38,235 bases of DNA from positions 1 to 38,235 of the forward strand of contig JBAXFX010000003.1 in the NCBI GenBank assembly GCA_037139695.1, written 5' to 3'. A program made the position numbers and the translations under genes. This document shows positions 29,515 to 37,631 of this stretch, in pieces (the stretch's first letter is position 1; each line of letters starts with the position of its first letter). The notes under the pieces are model-generated. The model was given only the letters and a program-made list of their open reading frames with translations, made no database searches and was not told the origin of the DNA. Source of the stretch: Candidatus Moraniibacteriota bacterium (lineage in GTDB: Bacteria; Patescibacteriota; Minisyncoccia; Moranbacterales; UBA1568).

Positions 29515-31587
29515 ATGTATATCAACGAAAAAAATATGAGCTTTGAGAATTATCGGGATAATTCTGATACGACGGGAAACACTTCATCCGGTGAAGGCAT
29601 TGTGTCGGCCGAAGATACGGTTTCGGAAGTCCCGGAATCGCAGCCTGCGAATCCGTATGCCCGATATGTCAGGAGGAACGGCGACGGTTTCTCGGTGCTT
29701 CTGCCGGGTGCTTTGGATACGAAGACCGGCGAGAACGTGGGGTTTAGTACGCGGACGTGTGAAACCTGGGAGGAGGCGTTGGCCGTCGCGGACAAGATAT
29801 GGAAAGGGGCTGATGAGTTGGCGGAAAAGGTTTCGCTTGAAAAGACATTCACGAAAACATTCTACCGGATCGACGAGATACCAGAAGGGGGTTATCGGGT
29901 GACGCTTCCGGGGCTGTATAATTCGAAAACGGGATATTATCTCGGGACGTCGAATCGCGACTTCGCGACCTGGAAAGAGGCGAAGGAATTTTATCTGCAG
30001 GTGCGGGAAGGAAAAGAAAAGCTTTCGAGGAATCCGATTCTTGAAATTCAGACGGGCGAGCGGGAAAAAATCTCTTTTTCCGATTTCGATTCCTTTGATC
30101 CGCAGATCGCACCTTCGGAATCATCCCATGCCCTCCCGGCCTCGATAGAAAAATACCTGTTAGACGAAAAAAAACGAACGGGATCGGACGCCGGGTCGTC
30201 TACGTATCAGGAAACGGTGAAGGAACAGAATTGGGAGAGAAAACTCTTTTCTTTCGTTTCCTCGTATCTTGAGAATGAAGGGGCTGAGACGGTCAAGCGG
30301 CTGGAAATCGATCATCTGGAGAGTCTGACGCCGAAACAGGCGGTCGCATTGGCAACCGAAGTCGTCATCGATCTGACGAAGTACAAAAAGTCTGATACGA
30401 GGAAAGAACGGGAGGCACGCGGGGAGTCGACCGATACAAAAACGCGGGCCGATCAGTGTACCGTCTTGCAACTCCTGCATGAGGGACAGGTACGACGGAA
30501 CGACGAACGGTGGGAGGGAAACGGGGTCTGTCGGAATTTCGCCGATTCGGTAAAGGCTGTTTTTGAGGCATTGAAGAAAAACCAGACCAGGTTCAATCGT
30601 CTTCGCGACACGTATTGTCTCTTCGAAAGCGATGAGAACTCATTCGCGCCGTCGCGGGGAAAAAAGAAGGGCGACAGGATCGGACATGCGTGGAATACGT
30701 TCGTTACGGTTTCACAAGAAGGTGCGGCCGACGCCGTAATCGTCGATGCCACCTGGGCGGAGCGGAATCTGGAGACGAAAAAGGCCGAGGGTCTGGATTA
30801 TACGCTCAGCCGTATGGAGCCGATTATCAACGCGGTCGGACGTGATCTCCGGGAAGACGCTCCGGAACGGGACGAGCAATTGCGACATATATTGTCATTT
30901 TATCTCCTGAAAATGGAGACGCCCGGCGATACCGGAGGACTGGTGACTCCCGAGGAGGAACGGCAATTTTACGCGACGAGAGCCTTGGACTTCATTATCC
31001 GCCAGGGTCTGACCCATGGGCTGCCGAATGCGCTTGTCGAGGCTATCGGGAAAGAATATCAGACTTTCGGGGAAGGGGTGGACAAGAAAGAGGTCGAGAC
31101 CCTGTATTCGATATTGGGGGATCACCCCGGTATGGATTTTTCGAGCGTGTTCAGGACATACCTGAAAGACAAGGAGTTTTCGGTGTATCGTGCTGACGAC
31201 ATCATTTTCAAGAATGACGATATGCAGAAGGCGGCTTTTGAGGAGTTGAAAACCCGGCAAGGATTCGATTCGTTCCTGAAAGAGAGTCCGAAGTTCAGGA
31301 TCCGTATGCGCGAGGCGTTGCCGGGTCTGTTCATGGGTTTTTCCCCGATGACGAAACCGGAAGATCGGAAAGAGCTCCTGTTCCTGATGGGAAAGTCAAA
31401 TTTTTTGCGCTGGGAAGAGAACAGGATCGGAACGACGCAGGAGTCATATGACGAATTTCTCGCCAAAAAACGTGTCTTGCTCCATGACATGAACCCGGCG
31501 CGATATGACGATACGGTTGCGGATCTGGACGATTATCAGTTGGTGAAGAAATGTGACGCGATCTATAAAGATCTGAAGAGCGGCTAA
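29515..31587 (+). CDS. hypothetical protein with a transglutaminase-like (Cys-His-Asp) domain and a duplicated N-terminal module
   Basis: 690-aa ORF; GVCRNFA, GHAWN and IVDATW in canonical order; start may be 29536. Confidence 0.75.
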   Translation: MYINEKNMSFENYRDNSDTTGNTSSGEGIVSAEDTVSEVPESQPANPYARYVRRNGDGFSVLLPGALDTKTGENVGFSTRTCETWEEALAVADKIWKGADELAEKVSLEKTFTKTFYRIDEIPEGGYRVTLPGLYNSKTGYYLGTSNRDFATWKEAKEFYLQVREGKEKLSRNPILEIQTGEREKISFSDFDSFDPQIAPSESSHALPASIEKYLLDEKKRTGSDAGSSTYQETVKEQNWERKLFSFVSSYLENEGAETVKRLEIDHLESLTPKQAVALATEVVIDLTKYKKSDTRKEREARGESTDTKTRADQCTVLQLLHEGQVRRNDERWEGNGVCRNFADSVKAVFEALKKNQTRFNRLRDTYCLFESDENSFAPSRGKKKGDRIGHAWNTFVTVSQEGAADAVIVDATWAERNLETKKAEGLDYTLSRMEPIINAVGRDLREDAPERDEQLRHILSFYLLKMETPGDTGGLVTPEEERQFYATRALDFIIRQGLTHGLPNALVEAIGKEYQTFGEGVDKKEVETLYSILGDHPGMDFSSVFRTYLKDKEFSVYRADDIIFKNDDMQKAAFEELKTRQGFDSFLKESPKFRIRMREALPGLFMGFSPMTKPEDRKELLFLMGKSNFLRWEENRIGTTQESYDEFLAKKRVLLHDMNPARYDDTVADLDDYQLVKKCDAIYKDLKSG

Positions 31588-31676
31588 GTGGGCATGGCTT
31601 GGTTTATAGGATTTGATGAAAGGAAAATAAAGTCCGAAATGGGGTCAGGTACAATTTTTGAATGTTGCTTAGTCCT

Positions 31677-32111
31677 ATGAATCTTATCCGCGCGACGGAA
31701 AGCGACATGCCGGTGCTGCTCGGGATAGAGGAGACCGCGAAAGATCTGATCGTCTATAATTGGGGGTTCACCGACTCGGAGTTTTTGGAGTGGATCAATA
31801 CCGATATCGTCTATCTGATCGAGGAGGACGGCGTCATGGTCGGGGACATATCGTACGCGGTGAAGGATGCCGATCATGCCTATATCACCGGGCTCGTCAT
31901 CGTGCCGGAGTTCCAACGGCGGGGACTGGCACGCAAGGCGATGAACATGATGCTCGACGAGCTGAAGGAGTTCCGACATCTGGCACTCGACGTTCATCCG
32001 GACAATCACGCGGTTCGGCTTTACGAGTCCCTCGGCTTTGTCGCCACAGAGCGAAAAGAAAATTTTTATGGCGACGGTCAGCCCCGGATCATCATGGTGA
32101 AGGACCGGTGA
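31677..32111 (+). CDS. GNAT family N-acetyltransferase (RimI-like)
   Basis: VIVPEFQRRGLAR, LDVHPDNHAVRLYESLGF and ENFYGDG; alternative start 31662. Confidence 0.9.
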   Translation: MNLIRATESDMPVLLGIEETAKDLIVYNWGFTDSEFLEWINTDIVYLIEEDGVMVGDISYAVKDADHAYITGLVIVPEFQRRGLARKAMNMMLDELKEFRHLALDVHPDNHAVRLYESLGFVATERKENFYGDGQPRIIMVKDR

Positions 32112-32152
32112 CACATCGGGTACGTAAAAAAGACCTGGTGTTTTATGTTCTC

Positions 32153-32181
32153 TTGACCCGTTTTTGTTTTCTTTCTATACT
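32153..32181 (+). promoter_or_regulatory. sigma70 promoter of the CsoR-family gene
   Basis: TTGACC-17 bp-TATACT, 10 bp upstream of the ATG. Confidence 0.8.
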
Positions 32182-32193
32182 GGAGGGGAGTAT
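32177..32193. promoter_or_regulatory. CsoR/RcnR-type operator
   Basis: ATACT-GGAGGGG-AGTAT closely resembles the RcnR site TACT-G6-N-AGTA; overlaps the -10 box and start codon. Confidence 0.75.
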
Positions 32194-32503
32194 GAAAGGA
32201 CGAACTGTTGACAACTCTCCGATCGTGAAGAATGATGGCGCGGAAGCGGGTCGGGTTTCGTCGCGTACCGAAGTGTCCGCCTGTCTGCTCCGGCGCCTCT
32301 CGCGTATCGAGGGGCAGTTCCGCGGTATCCGGAAGATGGTCGAGGAGGAACGCGACTGCCTGGATGTCATCCAACAGGTGACTGCGGTCCGCGAGGCGAT
32401 CACGATGCTCGGCATCGAGATTCTCAAGGACGACTTCGTCTGTCGTCGAAGCGGGAAGGATGTGGATGAGAAATTTTTGAAAACCGTTTTCAAATTACGG
32501 TAG
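32192..32503 (+). CDS. CsoR/RcnR/CstR family transcriptional repressor
   Basis: LLRRLSRIEGQFRGIRKMVEEERDCLDVIQQVTAVREA; real start is ATG 32192 within the longer ORF. Confidence 0.9.
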   Translation: MKGRTVDNSPIVKNDGAEAGRVSSRTEVSACLLRRLSRIEGQFRGIRKMVEEERDCLDVIQQVTAVREAITMLGIEILKDDFVCRRSGKDVDEKFLKTVFKLR

Positions 32504-32691
32504 TCGAATGTTGCCAGGAGCCGTTTTTCCGGCAGTGTGAGCGAGGGCATCCTCACTCATTCCGCCGGGGAAGTACCCGCCCGCCATGCCGGCGTGACGG
32601 CATCGCCTCGGAAGGGTATAATCAATTCAAAGATAACAGAAAGGGACGGTGCGACTCGGCATTGCCGAGGCGTGTCATTCCGAAAAAACGT

Positions 32692-33021
32692 ATGAGCCAG
32701 GTCGTGATACTGACGGACGGGAATTTCGAAGCGGAGGTGATCAAGTCGGATATCCCGGTCCTCGTGGACTTTTGGGCGCCGTGGTGCGGGCCGTGCAAGA
32801 TGATGGCCCCGGTGCTCGAGGAACTCTCCGTGTCGCTTGATGGAAAACTGAAGATTGCCAAACTCGACGTGGACGAGGAAGCGCATCGTGAGCTTGCCAT
32901 GAAGTATCGGATCCAGAGCATCCCTGCGTTGAAGCTCTTCAAGGGCGGCGAGGTCGTCAAGGACTTCATCGGGTTCCGACCGAAAGACGTTTTCGAGGTC
33001 GAGCTCGGCAAGGAACTGTAA
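32692..33021 (+). CDS. trxA: thioredoxin
   Basis: VDFWAPWCGPCK and IQSIP; ATG 32692. Confidence 0.96.
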   Translation: MSQVVILTDGNFEAEVIKSDIPVLVDFWAPWCGPCKMMAPVLEELSVSLDGKLKIAKLDVDEEAHRELAMKYRIQSIPALKLFKGGEVVKDFIGFRPKDVFEVELGKEL

Positions 33022-33028
33022 CAAGGGG

Positions 33029-33967
33029 ATGAACACGGACAAGATCTATCCGCTCGCCGTCATCGGCGCGGGGCCGGCGGGACTCTCGGCGTCCATCTAT
33101 GCCTCGCGCTACGGAATCGATCATATCGTGATCGGTCATCTTCTTGGCGGGCAGATTTCCGAGACGCACGAGATCGACAATTATCCCGCTATCGAGGCCG
33201 CGAACGGTGCTGAATTCGCCGAATCGCTCGTCGCGCATGCGCGGAAATTCGGAGCGCCGATCGAGAACCGGATGGTGATGAATATCGCGAAGGAAGATGG
33301 CGGTTTCGCCGTCTCTCTTGACGGCGGGTCGGTCATTCGGAGCAAGGTACTCCTATTGGCCACCGGGACCAGGCGTCGCACGCTCGGCATCGACCGCGAG
33401 TCGGAATTCCTGGGTCGGGGCGTGTCGTACTGTGCGACCTGTGACGGGTTCTTCTATCGTGGCCGTACCGTGACCGTGATCGGCGGGAATAATAGCGCCA
33501 CGGGTGCAGCTGTCTATCTTGCTGGCATCGCGGACAAGGTCCGACTTGTCTATCGTGGCGCGCAGCTTCGTGCGCAAGAACATCTTTTGAAGGCGCTTCG
33601 TGAACGCCCGAACGTGGATATCATCCTCGATACGAACGTCATTTCGCTTATTGGCGAGGAATCGCTTACAGCGGTGAAACTCGATCATCCGTATGAGGGT
33701 TCCGATATACTCCCGACGGACGGGCTTTTTATAGAGATCGGGTCAGATCCGAGTGCTGATTTCGCCCGCGACCTTGGGGTTGCGACGGACGAGAGCGGGT
33801 TTATCAAAGTCAATGCCGACATGTCGACATCCGTCGCCGGCATCTATGCCGCGGGTGATATCACCGACGGGTCGGACAAGTTCCGGCAGGTGATTACCGC
33901 CGCTGCCGAGGGCGCTATTGCCGCACGGAGCATCCATACTGTGCTTGCGAAGTCGGCCGTTTCGTAA
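33029..33967 (+). CDS. trxB: thioredoxin-disulfide reductase
   Basis: GAGPAGLSA, GRGVSYCATCDG, VIGGNNSA, GIYAAGD and QVITAAAEG. Confidence 0.92.
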   Translation: MNTDKIYPLAVIGAGPAGLSASIYASRYGIDHIVIGHLLGGQISETHEIDNYPAIEAANGAEFAESLVAHARKFGAPIENRMVMNIAKEDGGFAVSLDGGSVIRSKVLLLATGTRRRTLGIDRESEFLGRGVSYCATCDGFFYRGRTVTVIGGNNSATGAAVYLAGIADKVRLVYRGAQLRAQEHLLKALRERPNVDIILDTNVISLIGEESLTAVKLDHPYEGSDILPTDGLFIEIGSDPSADFARDLGVATDESGFIKVNADMSTSVAGIYAAGDITDGSDKFRQVITAAAEGAIAARSIHTVLAKSAVS

Positions 33968-33992
33968 CCGTCGAACCGTTTCCGGATATGCA

Positions 33993-34017
33993 TAAAGGAC
34001 CGTGAGCGGTCTTTTTC
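33993..34017 (+). terminator. probable intrinsic terminator after trxB
   Basis: AAAGGACCG-tgag-CGGTCTTTTT. Confidence 0.65.
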
Positions 34018-34069
34018 AGTCGGTCATCCGTATCGCTGTATATGCGCCGAAGCGAGGAATACTTACTTA

Positions 34070-34253
34070 GTATCTATCTCAAATCTCATGTCGAGCTGTA
34101 AATCCGAAAATTTCGAGCGAAAACCATGAAAAAGGAGAGAAGGCTACTGTCGTAACCTGACGAGTTTTGAATGGTTTGCAGCCGAAATTTTCGGATTTCA
34201 GCCGGCAAGCGGATTTTTTGCCTTATATAGGCGTTGAGATTTGAGATAGATAC
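34070..34253. mobile_element. 184-bp MITE with 19-bp terminal inverted repeats and a TTA target-site duplication
   Basis: TTA|GTATCTATCTCAAATCTCA ... TGAGATTTGAGATAGATAC|TTA; inner IR AAATCCGAAAATTTCG/CGAAATTTTCGGATTT; no ORF. Confidence 0.85.
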
Positions 34254-34378
34254 TTATGGTTGCGATCACTGGCATATAGCGTCATATCGTAGCGATCGTT
34301 TGAGAGAGGCTGTAATCGCATTTTCGGCGGACCCTTTTGGGCCTTTCATGGAAATGGTATAGAATGAGGGCATAATGC

Positions 34379-35290
34379 GTGCGAATCCCGGAGATGAACA
34401 GGAAAAGAAAAGAATCGAAAAAGCATAAGAAACAGGAGCGCGGCGTGAAGATCGGGCTCGCGCTTTCCGGCGGGTCGGCGGTCGGTATCGCGCATGTCGG
34501 CGCGGTGCGCGCGCTCCGCGAGGCGGGGATCGGCATCTCGTGTGTCGCCGGGACGAGTGCTGGAGCGGTCGTGGCCGCTTGCGTGGCGTTCGGTGTTCCC
34601 GAGGAGAAGATGATCGAGCTCTCGCGTAAGCTCAGCTGGTCGAACGTATCCGCGTTCGGCTATTCGAAGCTCGGTCTCAACTCGAACCGACCGGTCGGCG
34701 ACCTCATGAAAAAACTCGTGGGAAACGTGCGGATCGAGGACGCGCCCATCCCGCTTGCGATCGTCGCCACCGATATCGACACGGGGGAGAAAGTCGTTTT
34801 TCGGAAGGGGAATCTCGCCGAGGCGGTCATGGCGAGCACCTGCATCCCGGGATACTTCGTGCCGGTCGAGATCGATGGTAGGCGCCTTGTGGACGGCGGA
34901 ATCGTGGAAAACCTGCCCCTCCCGTCGCTTCGGTTCATGCGGCCCGAGACTCGGGTCGGTATCGACCTCGGATACTGGCGGACGCTCCAGAAGGCGAATA
35001 CCGTTCTCGACGTGATCACGAACTCGTACAGCATCCTGGTCGACGGCCAGGTGGCGGAAATGTCAGTTCGGGACGGCATCGTCGTCCGGCCGCATCTCGA
35101 GGGATTTTCTATCTCCGATTTCAAGCGGATGGACGAACTGATCGACATCGGATACAAGGCGACGCGCGAACGGATACCGGCAATCCGTCGGCATGCTCTT
35201 GCAGTACTCTTTTCTCCCATCGGTTTGTTCCGTCTTCTTTCCCGGCGATTCGGCTTCGGACCCGGTTCACGGAAAAAGAAACGATCATGA
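34379..35290 (+). CDS. patatin-like phospholipase (RssA/NTE family)
   Basis: LALSGG, AHVG, GTSAG nucleophile and DGG motif; start may be ATG 34394. Confidence 0.92.
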   Translation: MRIPEMNRKRKESKKHKKQERGVKIGLALSGGSAVGIAHVGAVRALREAGIGISCVAGTSAGAVVAACVAFGVPEEKMIELSRKLSWSNVSAFGYSKLGLNSNRPVGDLMKKLVGNVRIEDAPIPLAIVATDIDTGEKVVFRKGNLAEAVMASTCIPGYFVPVEIDGRRLVDGGIVENLPLPSLRFMRPETRVGIDLGYWRTLQKANTVLDVITNSYSILVDGQVAEMSVRDGIVVRPHLEGFSISDFKRMDELIDIGYKATRERIPAIRRHALAVLFSPIGLFRLLSRRFGFGPGSRKKKRS

Positions 35291-36252
35291 ATGTTTCCGA
35301 TCTGAAGGAAATCGTCGCCTCATACGGGATCGTCCTTGGAAAGCTTCGCGAGGATATTCCGCTGTTTGGCAGTCCTGAACGGACCGAATGCCGGGTCGCA
35401 TTCGAGGATGCGGATGGAAGACTCTATATTTTCGAGGAGGTCGCATTGTCGAGATTGGAAAAGAAGAAAGCGATCGCACGGACGCTATCGGCGCTCGCTT
35501 CGGCGGATTCTTCGCTTCCCTTGGCGCCGTATCTGCGTCTTCCTGACGGGGTTCATATCCTCGAACGTGATGGACGATATTTCCAGGTCGTGCCGTATAT
35601 CGAAGGTGTTCCGCTTGATCGGAGCCGGTATCTCGGTGATGACTGGCGCGGGGTTGCCGCGGCAGAATACCTGATCGGTATGCGCCACGCATCCGCCTCG
35701 CTCCGTCCGGATGAGATGGGGCCGATTCCGGGTCCGTTCCTGCTCGGAGCGTATACCGATGAGTTGGTCGGCAAAATCACTCGGAAAGACCCGGACGTCC
35801 TTTCCGGCATCATGCCCGTCTTGGAATATCTCGAGAAAGCATATTTCCCGCAGGAAGCGTCCCTGCCTACCGCATTCTGTCATGGCGATTACCATCCCGT
35901 GAATATCATCTGGGACGAACACGGCGTGGCCGGCGTGATCGACTGGGAATTTGCCGGTCCGAAGGCCGGACTCTATGATGCGGCGAACATGGTCGGGTGC
36001 CTCGGCATGGAAGACCCGGACGCGCTCAAAGGCGGTATTGTCACCGGATTTCTGAAGACGCTTCGGAAATCCGAAGTGTTCGTGGAAGATGACTGGGCCG
36101 GGTTTCCGGATCTTCTTCTCGCGACACGGTTCGCGTGGCTTTCCGAATGGCTCCGATTCAAGGACCGGGGATTGATCGCTCTTGAGACGGAATACATGAA
36201 TCTCATCCTCGAGAACCGGGATTTTCTGTCCGGAATCTGGGGTATCGGATGA
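35287..36252 (+). CDS. APH/choline-kinase-like phosphotransferase (homoserine kinase type II-like)
   Basis: Brenner motif CHGDYHPVN and IDWE; ATGA overlap with the patatin gene. Confidence 0.85.
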   Translation: MNVSDLKEIVASYGIVLGKLREDIPLFGSPERTECRVAFEDADGRLYIFEEVALSRLEKKKAIARTLSALASADSSLPLAPYLRLPDGVHILERDGRYFQVVPYIEGVPLDRSRYLGDDWRGVAAAEYLIGMRHASASLRPDEMGPIPGPFLLGAYTDELVGKITRKDPDVLSGIMPVLEYLEKAYFPQEASLPTAFCHGDYHPVNIIWDEHGVAGVIDWEFAGPKAGLYDAANMVGCLGMEDPDALKGGIVTGFLKTLRKSEVFVEDDWAGFPDLLLATRFAWLSEWLRFKDRGLIALETEYMNLILENRDFLSGIWGIG

Positions 36253-36350
36253 CTATGCGTGCCTTGATGGTGGACAATGGCTGGCTGTCGGGGGTATCAT
36301 TCGATCATATGAGTATATGAGGCGGTTGTCATTATTCCTAAAAAGGGCGT

Positions 36351-36731
36351 ATGCGTAAGAAAATCGTGAAAAATATAGCGGATACCCATATCGGCGGATT
36401 CATGCAGTTCATACGGGAACAGGGCGTGGTCGGACTCGCGACCGGTTTTCTTCTCGGTGGTGCGGTCTCGAAAGTCGTCACGGCATTCGTGACGGATATC
36501 ATCAATCCGGTCATGAGTATCGTGCTTGGTTCGGCGGAAGGATTTCGTCAGGCCTCCGTGAAGATTTTCGGCGTGGATGTACTCTGGGGTGATTTCGCGA
36601 GCGTGCTGATCGATTTCTTGATTGTCGCGGCGGTCGTCTACTTCGGATTCAAGGGGCTCGGCCTCGACAAGCTCGACAAGAAGAAAGAGAAACCGGAAGA
36701 GAAGGTCGAGGATACGGGAAAGAAAAAATAG
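36351..36731 (+). CDS. mscL: large-conductance mechanosensitive channel family protein
   Basis: FMQFIREQGVVGLATGFLLGGA, FVTDIINP and WGDFASVLIDFLIVA. Confidence 0.9.
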   Translation: MRKKIVKNIADTHIGGFMQFIREQGVVGLATGFLLGGAVSKVVTAFVTDIINPVMSIVLGSAEGFRQASVKIFGVDVLWGDFASVLIDFLIVAAVVYFGFKGLGLDKLDKKKEKPEEKVEDTGKKK

Positions 36732-36816
36732 GCCGATCGGAATCCTATATCCGATAAAAAAAAGAACAGGAAGCCGCATAGCGATTTCCTGTAGTGGTTC
36801 GTTCCGACAGATCATG

Positions 36817-37068
36817 TCATGTCGTTACGGCATGACCGAGGTAGTTTCCGCATACGTCCGATGCTATGCAGAATTTACCCGTTCCTTTAAAAAATAATTT
36901 TCCGAGAAAGCGATCCCAGGTCTGGAAACGGAAAGATCCGTCCTGACCGATTTTGATCTCCTCCATTCCGGGCATGATGTTCCCGCTGAACTTTTTTGTG
37001 ATCGCGGCGATAAGCTTAGTCGCGCTTTCTTTCGTTGCAGGCGTTCTTTTGGGAGCTGTGAAAGCCAT
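36817..37068 (-). CDS. small hypothetical protein
   Basis: 83-aa ATG ORF with AT-rich upstream DNA, filling the gap between mscL and the tRNA promoter; no recognised motif. Confidence 0.4.
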   Translation of the reverse strand: MAFTAPKRTPATKESATKLIAAITKKFSGNIMPGMEEIKIGQDGSFRFQTWDRFLGKLFFKGTGKFCIASDVCGNYLGHAVTT

Positions 37069-37247
37069 TATGGTAATATTTAATTATGTTTAAGAACAAA
37101 ACCAGCCTGATACTCAGGTTGATAGTTCATTCATATCACATATATTCTGAATGCGCAAGGTCTCAGAAGTGATGCCACGGAAAGCCTGTATCCGGTCTAA
37201 TTTTTTCGCTTCGGCGGGCAACGGCATTCGAATCATTCATTTCCGGC

Positions 37248-37276
37248 TTGATAACCCCGGGAAACGGTGTTACCAT
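37248..37276 (+). promoter_or_regulatory. sigma70 promoter of the tRNA locus
   Basis: TTGATA-17 bp-TACCAT with an extended TG. Confidence 0.65.
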
Positions 37277-37344
37277 GTGTCTGTTCCTTATTTTCTCTAT
37301 CTGGCGCCAATCGGCGTTGTTTTGGAGAAAATGATTGTTGTAAC

Positions 37345-37501
37345 GGAGAGATGGCTGAGCGGCTTCGGCCCTTCATTCCGCTCGGGCGGAATAAAGGGCC
37401 ACCGTGGCATGGGGTAACACCCATCGAGGGTTCGTCCGGCATGCGCCTACACTGCTCATTGTTCTCGTGGTGTACCCGGCGAATGCCCGGGCGAATCCTT
37501 C
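37345..37501 (+). pseudogene. tRNA-Ser-like relic with two hairpin insertions; no anticodon loop and no acceptor 3' strand
   Basis: GGAGAGATGGCTGAGCGGCTT 5' end, long variable arm ATGGG-GTAACA-CCCAT, and split T arm GAGGGTTCG//AATCCTTC. Confidence 0.7.
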
Positions 37502-37542
37502 CAACGTTGAATGACAATCGGTTCATGATGAGTATAGAAACT

Positions 37543-37631
37543 GGAGAGGTGGCTGAGTGGTCGAAAGCGGCACACTGCTAATGTGTTGTGCGGGTAAAAC
37601 CGCACCGCGGGTTCGAATCCCGCCCTCTCCG
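37543..37631 (+). tRNA. tRNA-Ser(GCT)
   Basis: Acceptor GGAGAGG/CCTCTCC, anticodon arm GCACA-CTGCTAA-TGTGT, long variable arm, T arm GCGGG-TTCGAAT-CCCGC, discriminator G; CCA not encoded. Confidence 0.97.

Noticed and set aside
37367-37493. Group I intron in a tRNA
   Set aside because: The inserts are only 34 and 59 nt simple hairpins, too short for a ribozyme core, and removing them does not restore an anticodon.
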